A stretch of DNA of 63,244 bases, filler included, from Collodictyon triciliatum (lineage: Eukaryota): NCBI GenBank assembly GCA_043381765.1. It is 15 parts of 15 records of this genome, joined end to end, with 100 filler letters (N's around TTAATTAATTAA, not from the genome) between each part and the next. Parts side by side here need not be neighbours in the genome. Positions count along the whole stretch, not along the records: positions 1 to 4,366 come from JBHJMP010006183.1; positions 4,467 to 8,831 come from JBHJMP010006184.1; positions 8,932 to 13,294 come from JBHJMP010006185.1; 12 more parts are not named here. One strand, 5' to 3'. Every line of letters starts with the position of its first letter. Position 1 is the first letter of the stretch. A program made the translations under genes and the position numbers. The notes under the pieces are model-generated. The model saw nothing but the letters and a program-made list of their open reading frames with translations. It was not told the origin of the DNA and did not search any database. Shown piece by piece: positions 1-11,085 of this stretch.

Positions 1-98
1 CATACATACATACATACATACATACATACATACATACATACATACATACATACATACATACATACATACATACATACATACATACATACATACATACA
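1..98. repeat. (CATA)n microsatellite
   Basis: Perfect tetranucleotide tandem array at the window start. The same motif borders other contigs (34310-34408, and 43427-43541 as TATG). Confidence 0.97.
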
Positions 99-586
99 CA
101 ACACCCTTAAAATAGCCGTTGGCTAATGAAGCCAAATTTGTAAGCACAAGGCGAAAGCGGGGTGGAGCGGGGATAAAAGCATCGAAGCGCGCTTCGATGG
201 AGGGTGCGAGCGCGAAGGGATATTTATTCGAGAAGTATTATAAAATGACGAGGAAGCGGACAAGCGAATGGACCTCAGAGTGCAAGAAAATTGCACAAGG
301 AAGGAAACCAAATTATTGATGATTGATGGTTAATGATTGGTGATTGGTGGTTGAAGAGAGAAAAAAATAATCGCACAAAGACTATTTAAATCTGGCAAAT
401 AAACGTGAAAAATTAATGTCGACCATCTGTCGAAGGGTTTTGATTAATTTATTTTTTATGTGGTTTGGATGGAAGATTTCAATGAATCAGAATTGGCTGT
501 ATGCATTTGTGTGTTTGAGTGTCCGCTGTAAGGTCACACTTGCGCATGAGCAATAAATCATTCTCAAGCAATGGGTATACTCGCTA

Positions 587-664
<78 letters not shown>

Positions 665-1011
665 AAACGAACACAAGGCGTTCAGTATAGTCGATCAGAT
701 TTAATCTCCAATTCTTATGCGCGTTGCAGAAGAAAAACTTTTTCAATTTCACAAAGTTTAAATACCACAGAATTCATTAATTTATACGTTCGGGTTTGTT
801 AATCTTCGATAGATCTGAAAGGGGCAGCTCTTGCATTCATTTTACTGAATATATTATTAAATGGCCAGATTCTATCGAGAAGAAAATATATGCAATTTTA
901 AGATAAAGTCTAACGTTGCATTCTATCACTAATCTATGAAAACCCTCTTCTTTTCCTCGTACCTCGAAGAGCTCCAACATTTCGATCATAGGAAAAAAGA
1001 AAATCCAAAAT

Positions 1012-2273
1012 ATGTGGTCCCCTGATTCAAGCCACGAGAAGTTGGTCACCGATAAAGAGGAGAACGCGCACCTTGGCTGCGAGAATACATGCAGCAAGTG
1101 TTATCGCGAACCATCAATCACTCTCATATCCAACCAGGTAAGATGAGCCTTAATATAGGACAAAACGTAAACGCTCATGCCGATTTAACGGAAGTATGAA
1201 TTATATTCAGCGTTCATATATCCAATAATTTATACCTACGGCAGTAGTTTATATTCACTGGGATATTTTATGCGTACTCATCAAGCATATTTTCGCAGTT
1301 GAATGACTGTGGAGAGTGGTCAGCCGTTTCGTCTTTTGTCCACAATTCAGAATCATTCTACCATGGCACCAGTAGGTTGAGGGGCTTATCCCTCCATGAG
1401 ACCCAAAAAACAAGTAAAAAATATGATACATCAATAGATATGAAGCAGACTGGGTTTAACAAAGAGATAGCAATTGCAGTTTCTACAGAAGAATCAATCA
1501 ATTGCGAGATGTTTGGAGATCTCTCTGCTACTCATGATATTTTTCAAAATGTCACTAATTCATCTTTGTCTCAAGATGTATTTCCTACTGAACATGAATT
1601 ATTTCCCAGTATTTCTATAAAACCCTTTGCAAATCATTTTTCTCTGCCACCGATGGAGGAAGATATCGCGAATATATGGAACGAAAATGAAGAAACTGCA
1701 CCTGCCCATGATTTCGGCAAAGGGAAAGTGAATGATCATGAAGCTGCACCCCTAAATGCGGATCACAATGATAGGCAAGTGTCCTTCGCAAGTACTGTGA
1801 CCACTCCAAAACCCTGTTCTAGTGGAAAGACGGATATTAAAAACAGTCACCCAGAAACACCATTGGGATTACGTCGAGGAAAGCCTAATAGAATTCGAAA
1901 AGTATCAGAGGATGCTAATATTATCATCTGGGACCCAGCAGGTGATACAAAGCCTTCATCACGGGAGTGTGGTGGGAGCAAAGATATTCAAAATGAGAGA
2001 AAAAGAAAATCGAATTTTTTCACAAAGTCTTCAATCGTCCGCCCTTTTATCGAATACTGCAATACCATCCGACCCATTATGCGCCGCAAATACCCCTTCG
2101 TCTCCAATCATGGGCTGATGAAACTCATTGGTGAGAGTTGGTCCCAATTATCAAAAAAAGAAAAGGAAATATACAAATTAGCAGCGCATGAAAAAATGGT
2201 TGGAATTGTAGACGAAACCACCATTATCCCATTGCATTGCAAGAGAAAAGATCCCGATTATCTCAATGCTTAA
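1012..2273 (+). CDS. HMG-box protein, two predicted exons (1012-1137, 1299-2273)
   Basis: C-terminal PFIEYCNTIRPIMRRKYPFVSNHGLMKLIGESWSQLSKKEKEIYKLAA fits the HMG-box consensus (F..F....R......P......I.K.LG..W..LS..EK..Y). A phase-0 GTAAG..CGCAG intron at 1138-1298 joins an upstream ATG exon. Confidence 0.85.
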
Positions 2274-2549
2274 TAGAATTATACCTCTTTTTTTTTTTGG
2301 AATCTGAGTGCCGTTTCATCTGTCCTACCCCTTAAAAAAATGAATAAAACAAAATATCACGCTACATTTAATTTTCTCATTTTCAGAGAGAAAATATGGG
2401 TGGCTATTAAATAGATTAGTAGAGTGCATTATCTATATGAACAGAGGACAAAAAGTTCAGGAGGTTCGCAACAGTATTCTCTGAAAATGCGTCTTTATTG
2501 CATTTTCAAAGGACTACCACAGGTTGGAATCTTGAATCTAGTTAATTGT

Positions 2550-2606
2550 TGGACACTTTCATCATTTTTTTTCCTTTATTCGATTCAAAGTGGACACTTT
2601 CATCAT
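2550..2606 (-). mobile_element. Extremely 5'-truncated retroposon insertion (25 bp, 2566-2590) with 16-bp target-site duplication
   Basis: TGGACACTTTCATCAT at 2550-2565 and 2591-2606 flanks T-run-CCTTTATTCGATTCAAAG, which is the 3' tip of the dispersed repeat seen at four other places. Confidence 0.9.
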
Positions 2607-3337
2607 AACATGGATGGGTGACCAGTAGATGGTAGAAGAAACAACAACAGGTACATTACCGACCTCAAATATATACCTTTATGATGTTATCGTTGAGGCA
2701 TTATTTATCTTGGTTGATGAATTTCCACTTCATAACTTGGTTTGGGGTAACGCTGTTGATAAAAAGAACATACTTGCCCTATTCCAAATGAATCAGTCTT
2801 ATTTAACCAAGAATGAACTCTTTGATTAAGAGGTTCAGGCAAATGCTTGTTCTTTTACCTTTGCACCAAAGAAAAAAGTAATGCCAGCGGTAGGGATTCT
2901 AGATGAATCAGTTTCATTCAAAGAACTTCGACGAAGGTCTTTGGGCTTTGCATTTGAAAAATACAATATTCCTTGGAGGCTTATGCCTATGAGTTATTAA
3001 CCATTTCATGCAGTGTCCAAACTGGTTCGTTATGGTATATTTTTTTATCTTGTTTCGATCATCCCAGGTTACAGTCATGGTTGTGTCCACATCAATTTCA
3101 GGGCTGACTTGTTAACTGACAGCGTCTAATTAGACAATTCCAAATTACACGCAGTTGAGGTTATATACATTATTCACTTGGAAGGGGTTCTCAATCGCCC
3201 GTCGAAGACCCGTCCTGTACCGGAAGTCTCTAACATCATCGAAACAAGTTTCTGCCTCCAGATCGTGGTTGCTGGAAAAAGCTTTCAATGAAAAATTGTT
3301 ATTGACGCTTTTTTCTACCATCGAATGACATTTCTGT

Positions 3338-3536
3338 GGAAGAAGTCTGCTTCTATGAAAGAAAAGTGTTTCTATGGAGGAAGTCTGCTTCTATGAAAGA
3401 AAAGTCTTTCTATGAAAGAAGTCTGCATCCGTGAAAGAAAAGTGTTTCTATGATAGAAGAGCGCTTCCATGAAAGAAGTCTGCGTCCATGAAAGAAAAGT
3501 GTTTCTATGATAGAAGAGCGCTTCTATGAAAGAAAA
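3338..3536. repeat. Degenerate minisatellite (about 19-bp subunits, 57-bp higher-order unit x2)
   Basis: ATGAAAGAAGTCTGCRTCCRTGAAAGAAAAGTGTTTCTATGATAGAAGAGCGCTTC occurs twice from about 3412, with more diverged copies upstream. Confidence 0.8.
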
Positions 3537-4023
3537 CGAGGAATGCCCACAAACGACCAAAATTCGGCTCCACTCTCGGTAGCATAAAAGAAAGAGGTCA
3601 TTAAGGGAAAGTGAAATGCTTTTTTGAGTTTCCTATTCACTATCTTAAATACTTTATCTTTTCCCTCAAATGGAAATATGTGGATTATAGTTTAAAATTT
3701 GTCATATGAGCCATAATAGAAATATAGTTACTAAGATGATAATTAAAGAACGTGATGATAAAAGAGCTACGGAAACTGGAACACTGATATCTGATTCAAA
3801 CACAGGAATACTTAGATATTCACAGAAACTATATCAAGAGTTTATAGTGTCTATTGTACTTGCCACATTATTCCGAAATCCTCACAGGAGACTTTCCCCT
3901 TGAACCCCTGGTGTTTTTAAATGGGTAAAAGGGTTACTGAGTGTTGTCTTTTCATAAAATATTTAGGTGATTTGTGCCCTTATCATATAACCAGCCAATA
4001 TAATTTGTGGAAGCGATTGCAAC

Positions 4024-4366
4024 TTTTTTTCCTTTATTCGATATTCGATTCAAAGTGTAGCGAGGTTATGCTATACAAAGGGGCGGGATGGGAGCAGAGT
4101 AGAGAGCAAACGTGATTAAGGAAAGACACTACTGTGGAGAGGCTATCACTGGAAAGAAATCAGTGATAAAGAGTTGGTCAGGTGGGCGTCCCAACTGGTT
4201 GGTTGGTTGGTTGCGTGGGCAGCAGGGGTTGGATATGCTGTGGGAGATATCGTACGACACATTCCCACATCTCTCTTCGCTTGCGGTCAGAGTAGCGAAG
4301 AATGCGAGCGTGTTTCAGCAGGCTGTTCAGGAAGCTGTATTGCACGAGGCTCTCAAGCATGGATAC
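4024..4366 (-). mobile_element. Non-LTR retroelement 3' end, copy A (ORF C-terminus, 3' UTR, AATAAA, short A tail), cut by the contig end
   Basis: Homologous to 42603-42885, 61005-61157, 63149-63244 and 2566-2590. The minus strand encodes ...KHARILRYSDRKRREMWECVVRYLPQHIQP... and ends GAATCGAATAAAGG(A)n, with a small internal TATTCGA duplication. Confidence 0.85.
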
Positions 4367-4466
4367 NNNNNNNNNNNNNNNNNNNNNNNNNNNNNNNNNN
4401 NNNNNNNNNNTTAATTAATTAANNNNNNNNNNNNNNNNNNNNNNNNNNNNNNNNNNNNNNNNNNNN
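4367..4466. other. Artificial contig linker (44 N + TTAATTAATTAA + 44 N). Identical linkers start at 8832, 13295, 17760, 22224, 26687, 29948, 34409, 38868, 43327, 47786, 52241, 56700 and 61158
   Basis: The same 100-bp spacer, with stop codons in all six frames, occurs 14 times. Confidence 0.99.
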
Positions 4467-5089
4467 TGTTCCTTTTTTCTTGTTTCTTGTTTCTTGTTTT
4501 TTTGTTTTTTGTTTTTGCTTTTTTGGTTCTTTTTTGTTTTTTGGATGGATCTGAGGCGAAAGAAGCACGACCGAAGAGTGGATACCCAAATAAGGTATTG
4601 ATTTAAATTATGTGATGAGATTTCCAAAAATGGTTCACGGTGTTTTGCATTTGTGGAAAATTCATTTTTCTGTTATTTTACGACAAAGAACCGAAAAAAA
4701 TGAACAGAAACCCAACCATCATCACTTAATTGTTGCTGCATTATTCAATTTTTGGCTGGCATGCTTCAATTTTATTTGTTCGAACAATTGCATGTGTGTT
4801 GCTTGTAACAAAAATTAAAAGGAGTGAAGGAATTGCAATATTTTGGGCCAAAGAGTGGAGTGCGAGTTGGTGAAATGCCAGTAGGCGCAGAACCACATCT
4901 CTTCTAAAATCAACTGGCAGCATAAAAGTGAAATTGTAAAGAGAAAAAAATTAAAACAAAAATAAAATAAAAAGATGGGCGCGAACAGAAATTCTTACAG
5001 CATGAACGGTTATCAAACAGATACCACAGATTCGCGGTATAATCGATACGTAATTACGACTTCGAGAAGCAGGCCTTTTTTCTTTTCTG

Positions 5090-8000
5090 TCATAAAACCG
5101 GAGTAGCAGACTCTGTGGGCCGTGAGACATCCCGACTTTTCGACCGAGACGGGCGAGCTTTGATAGCAGGCACCGGTTTCCCTCCCAACAAAGGGCCACT
5201 GTACATTATCGAGTCATAGTAAATATACTCTGTCGGTCAAACAGCTACTTTTTTTGCAAACATTTTTTTCTTTGTTGGTTGGTTTACCTCTTAAGCTCAC
5301 TGTCGGTTGCAGGACTGTTTGGCAGCAATTTCGACTGTTGTTTTCGTGGTTCTGATGACGACCTTGATGGTCTGGACTGCATGGAGTCCTCAAACCCCTC
5401 TGGGGATGACTTAATTTCTGGAAGTTTTGGCTATGTCGCGCTCGTTAGTCGATACACTGATTTAACCAATTAAACATGAAAAATGAGAAATGAAAAACAA
5501 AAAAATGAAATTCAAAAAAAAATGAAATTCAAAAAAAAATGAAAAACAAAAAATGAAAAACAAAAAATGAAAAACAAAAAATGAAAAACAAAAAATGAAA
5601 GATGAAAAATGAAAGATGAAAGATGAAAGATGAAAGATGAAAGATGAAAGATGAAAGATGAAAGATGAAAGATGAAAGATGAAAGATGAAAGATGAAAGA
5701 TGAAAGATGAAAGATGAAAGATGACAGGTGAAAGGTGAAAGGTGAAAGATGAAAAGTGAAAGATGGAAATAGGACTTGAAAAATCGGAGGCAAAATAAAT
5801 CCCCTTTACCGCTGAGAACATGGACTCCTGTGTTGATGGGCGGCTTCGAATTTCACCTGGGCCTCCCTGTTACATCCGATTATTAGGAACATGATTCAAT
5901 ATTAATCGCATGTAAAAATAAATAATAATAATAAAAAACCTCTAAGTTGAGGGTAAAATCGATGGAAGTGGGCTGATATATAACATGACAAATAAAATAA
6001 AGAAAACCACCATATGATAATTGAAATTTTGATATGTTTACACAATTCTTACTGCTTTGCGTCCCCTGAGGGCAACAACTGGGTTTCCACAAAACACATC
6101 ATCAGACCCTTGAGAGGCAAATAAAGTTAAGAAAATGAATCCTTAACAAAATTTCTTTGAGTGATTCGCAAATGGTGCTCAGTAAAGCCCATGAATTTGA
6201 TGGGCTGAATAATGGTTTGTTTATCATGAGATGTAATAACCAAAGTAAAGGAGTTGAGTAAGGACCATACCATGCGTCAGATGACTACTGGAACTCTCGC
6301 TTAACCCTGCAATTTCAGACAACTTTGCTAAAAAAAAAAAATGTTTAAGTTGATATCATAAAAAAGAGCGTCCTTCAAGCATCTAAATATTTTCAAATAT
6401 TATCATCGATTTAAAGAAATGAGGAACAGAAAGAGGGTATAACGATCTATTGATTATAAAACAATACATGAAATATCATCCTCTAAATCATCCATGAAAC
6501 CTTGCTCGTCAAAAGTTCCTAAAATATTTTAAAAGAAAATTCAGCAAAAAAAGAAAAATACATCGCCAGTGTAATCGCTATATATCTCTTTCTCACCGTC
6601 AAGAGGAGAGGGGCCTCTCGATTTCGCTGTAGATGCTGATGTTGGACGAGACATTGCGCTTGGTTTCATGCTGTTAGCAGTGGACGGCCGATTACTACAA
6701 CAAGTATCATGATTTCAGTTCGGTGTTTTTTTTTTAATTTTTAGGTTTAGTTTTTAATTTTTTGTGAAATAGAAAGAAAATGACGAGGCAACGCTAAATA
6801 ATATATCAAAATATATTTTACGCTGTTTGTGAGCGACTGGAATTGGAACTAGAACTATCAGATTTAAAATTTTGATTAGCTTATATTTCTCCAAAAAGCA
6901 ATAAAACTTGGGTTCGACAAAAATAATAATAACCAATTAATATCTACTTCTGCGATGGTGTGACGGGGCGGGACTCCGTCGTTGATAGAAGTTTTGTAAC
7001 ACTAACAAGAGATTTACGATGGTAAGCTTCAATTATTTTATTCAGGAAAATCTTGCCTTGTGGCCAATTAATTATCACCCTTTTAATACAAATATTGGGT
7101 AATTTTTGAAAGTAAGGAAACCAAAAAATAAAATCAGCCTTTTCAAACCTCTCGATACTCATTTCATCGATATTCACTTTTCCGTATTTAAGAACAGCCT
7201 CTATCAATGAGTTTTCGTCCTTAATCTCTCTCTGAGAAGCCGAGGTTATGGCAGACTCTGGTGGCTTATCCCATGGCAGCAAAATTTGAAGCAGATAATT
7301 AGCATTGCAGAGAAAAGGCAAGCTAATATGAAGCACTTTGATATATCCACTTGTGCAGTTGCAATATCAGCTCATTATGGTACCTTCTTCCTGTCATCTG
7401 TGGATACAGTCCGGTCATCCATGATTTTAAGTGTCTGTATTGATTGTTTTAAAAAACCAAATAGAAAATTACAATGACAAAGACAAAGACAATGACGATG
7501 ACAATGACGATGACAATGAAAATGAAAATGAAAACGTAATAGAAAAAGAAAACGAATTGAAAAAAATTGATAGATTTCTTGAATGGACATGCATGCCTTA
7601 ATTGCTCTGCAAACAAGTTTTCGGTAGTGAGGTATCTCTAATAAATAACATCAAGATCATTTATGCATACGTTAGTCAAACAAGTAAACAAGAATGCGAA
7701 TGCTTTGAAAGGAAAAAAAAGAAAATATTAAAATAAAAATTCGAGTAAAAAAGTATTACGGCAAACAGGGTTATTCTCCAGAGTCAATACACATAATTTG
7801 GGACATGTAGCTGGATTGTTTATATTTGCATCGAGTTACATCAACCATTCACCAACATTTCTTCTCATGAAAACTTCTCAATATGACTTTAATTTAAACA
7901 AGATGGGGTGATATGCAAATAAGATAAATTAAAGTAAGCAAATTTTGAGGAGTAACATGTTATAAAACTGATTACATAGTAGTCCAACAGTATCAACACC

Positions 8001-8831
8001 TTCTATCGAATTGCTAGATTGTGAAGAAGTATTAGGAAACGCCCTTCATAAACCGAGAATGCTATCAAAGACGATAAGATTTGAATAATTCACCATTCCA
8101 AGTCAAGGACCTCCAAATATTCCATCCCACTTAAAGGGCTCAAATCATTGATTTGGTTGAAAGCTACATAGAGCTCTTTCAAATCTGGACCAAATATCAT
8201 ATTAATAGAATACTCTAGTATATTGGTATAGAGAAAATATTACAAGGAACATTCAGATGTAATCAGTTAATTCAGTTTGACAATAGATACGAAGGATGTA
8301 AAATTACAAGGCATCGAAGAGACCCCAGCAAGGTCATCGATTTGACATCGAGCAATCCATAAGAGTTCTATTTTCGAGAGCGACGTTCCAAGATTCCTGA
8401 ACGCGACATCATAATTTTACAAAGGTTGGTGAAAGATGAGCAATCTTCAAATAATCAACTGAAAATATCCCTTTCACCTGAAGCTTTGCACTTTACTGTC
8501 GTTTAGTTTCAGTTCCCTCAAATTCGGCATGTGGTCACCTATTTAAAACATTAAAATATTCAAAAATGAAGAGAAAATAAGGAGTGAGATGTTATGATAA
8601 AAATGAAAATTAAGCAATATTCAAAAGAAAATAATTACATGATGAATATGTATTACAATTGAAATTATAAACATTGGTAAAATTCTTTTTTGGTAAATAA
8701 AAACCAAATCTCCCAAGAGTATTTTCCACGGCATCGACGCACATATCCAAATGCTTAATCCTTGAAAGATCGCTCGTTGAGGCCAGTTCTTTCTGTAAAT
8801 ATTTGATAAAATTGTGGCAAGTCATGCTTTG
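5090..8831 (-). CDS. LRRC56: Leucine-rich repeat protein 56 (ciliary/IFT-associated) orthologue, multi-exon, 5'-partial; 3' boundary approximate
   Basis: Spliced exons read [23 protein letters not shown] / [20 protein letters not shown] / [22 protein letters not shown] / [30 protein letters not shown] / [16 protein letters not shown] / [11 protein letters not shown] / TLKIMDD. This is collinear with the LRRC56 LRR block as I recall it (MCVDT...LGNFG.HLPNL..LKLN.S....RDLGTSL..L.VLWLARC). Confidence 0.85.
5480..5765. repeat. Intronic compound minisatellite, (GAAAGAT)n plus A-rich units
   Basis: A 7-bp unit repeats about 17 times at 5608-5722. This explains the FIFHLSS pseudo-ORFs. Confidence 0.95.
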
Positions 8832-8934
8832 NNNNNNNNNNNNNNNNNNNNNNNNNNNNNNNNNNNNNNNNNNNNTTAATTAATTAANNNNNNNNNNNNN
8901 NNNNNNNNNNNNNNNNNNNNNNNNNNNNNNNAAA

Positions 8935-9092
8935 AAGAGAAAAAAGAGAGAAAGAGAGAAAGAGAGAAAGAGAGAAAGAGAGAAAGAGAGAAAGAGAGAA
9001 AGAGAGAAAGAGAGAAAGAGAGAAAGAGAGAGAGAAAGAGAGAAAGAGAGAAAGAGAGAAAGAGAGAAAGAGAGAAAGAGAGAAGAGAAAAG
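8935..9092. repeat. (GAGAAAGA)n tandem repeat at contig start
   Basis: 8-bp unit array; the same motif occurs at 19960-20022. Confidence 0.95.
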
Positions 9093-9232
9093 ACCATTAG
9101 AAGACCATTAGAGCATTTTCTGAACTGAATTAAACTACAGTTGGCCTCAACAGTTTTGAAAAAAAAGAGGATATAAATACATTCACATTACAATATTTCG
9201 GGCTTGTCTATACTTATGATATATATTGAGTT

Positions 9233-10385
9233 TTACATAGGGCGAACTGAGGGCGGAGTCTTCGTCACTTTTCTGGTAATAACTTTTGCAGTTGTTTTCT
9301 TCAGAGTTTTTTTGGCAGCTGTGACCGGCTTCTTCTGAGATGAGTTTACAGGCTCTGCTCCATACCACGTTAACTTATCCCAATGCACCGGGTCGAACCT
9401 GAATTGTGATGCGGTGACAGTCTTCCACGCAGCTGACAGGCTTTTATCTCGCTGTATAGGCATCAACAATTCACCAGGGATTTCTACAACCCTCGTCGGC
9501 AGGGCTTCAGCAGGTAAAGGAATAGACTCCCACGACTCCTCCTCAAGCAGCGGTGGAACATCATTAACATCAAACATGTCATAATATGGCAGGTCATGCG
9601 GGGGCGGAAAAAAGAACGGTTCCATTATGCAGTAGTCATCATCCATGGGTAATATTTGAAGACAGCTTCCAGGCGGTTTCGGCTCACCGCCGTTGAAAGT
9701 TTGTGGATGTTGGGTGACATTGTCGGTTTCTGAAGGGCTTTTTTTGAACGGTTTTGGTTCATGTGGAGATTCAATAGAATCTTCTGTAGTCACCACCATC
9801 TGTCTATAATCTGGTCGAGATATAGCAGGTGTGAGTTTTAAAAAAAATATTAAGAGACATAAGTAGCGGGAATATCGTATGCCGAGCTACGCTATAATAT
9901 TATCAAAATGTAAAAAATATAATCCGCTGAGAATGTGAAATGTACATTAAACGTCATAAAATATGTCAATATTAATTTTTTTTTATCATGAAAGGTCTAT
10001 CTGAACAAACAAACGAAAAAAAAAAAAAACGAGAAATAAAAGCGCATATGTACTAAGTGTGGTGATTACCATTTTCTTTAGGTTCTTTGAATGGCTTCGG
10101 CATGGCTGGCCTTTTCGGTAGAGGGGCTTTCAGCTCGGGCATAGGTATCGGCTATTTTTTTTTATTTTGACAGAAAGTTTTTGCGTTTGTGATGAACAAA
10201 GTTTCAAAATGGAAGACCGGGAATGAAGCATTGTTAAATCGAGAACACCTTGAACAAACCTCAGTTCCAAACATGGCAAGGCTCAAGTCCTCTGGCTGGT
10301 AAATTGGTGGAGGGTAGCAGAGGGGCGGGTGTGTCGGTTTGGAAGTCTTGGACGTTATTTTGACTATTGGCATTTGAGGCATCAT
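9233..10385 (-). CDS. Hypothetical proline-rich protein, three predicted exons
   Basis: Exons MPQMPIVK...AMFGTE | PIPMPELK...PKEN | DYRQMVVTTED...SVRPM join in frame across GT..AG introns. No family recognised. Confidence 0.55.
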
Positions 10386-11085
10386 CTATGTTTTCAATAG
10401 GTATCCAGCTGAGTTGCATCAAAGCAATAAAGTTCATCGTACTGCGGCCATGCTTCAATTTTGTTTTTCATAATGAGATGATATCAGGCATTCATGAATG
10501 AATTATGCACCTGAACAAGTGAGGCTTTGGAATTTGCAAGGTGTGTGTAATCAGAGAATCCGGGTGGACTCATTGAGAGAATTACTTCTTGTTCCTGTGC
10601 AGTGCTTGGTGCATCTAGATGGGTTCCTAAGTTGATTGCAATGGGTTATCAACATGAGCTTTGTTGATTGAAACAAACACACGCGCATCTATGAAACATA
10701 ATGGAATGAGCTCGACTGTAAAATAATTCATGCATGGGAGATTCACCAAGTGCAAGGGGAGATGGCAGTGTGATGTCCTTTGGTGGGAACTTTGGGAGAA
10801 TAGAGGAGGGCATTCTAAATCATCGGTGAAGTGAAATTAAAATTGCTGGTAATAAATCATAGGCCCAGCAAAAAACAAACAAAACAAACAAAAAAAAAAA
10901 AACAAAGCAAACAAAGAAAACAAAAACAAACAAAACAAACAAAATCCTATAACATGAATGAATTATAAAATTCTCTTTTTTTTCTTACTATATTAAAATT
11001 TGACGATCGGATTCTTACAAGATAAGAGATATATCATACTTTGCTAAATTCAACATTCACTATATTACTTTTTTCTTTTAAAACA

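Noticed and set aside
4391..4440. TTAATTAATTAA recurring about every 4.46 kb
   Set aside because: It is the six-frame-stop linker between concatenated contigs. The periodicity reflects size sorting, and cross-linker gene clusters are meaningless.
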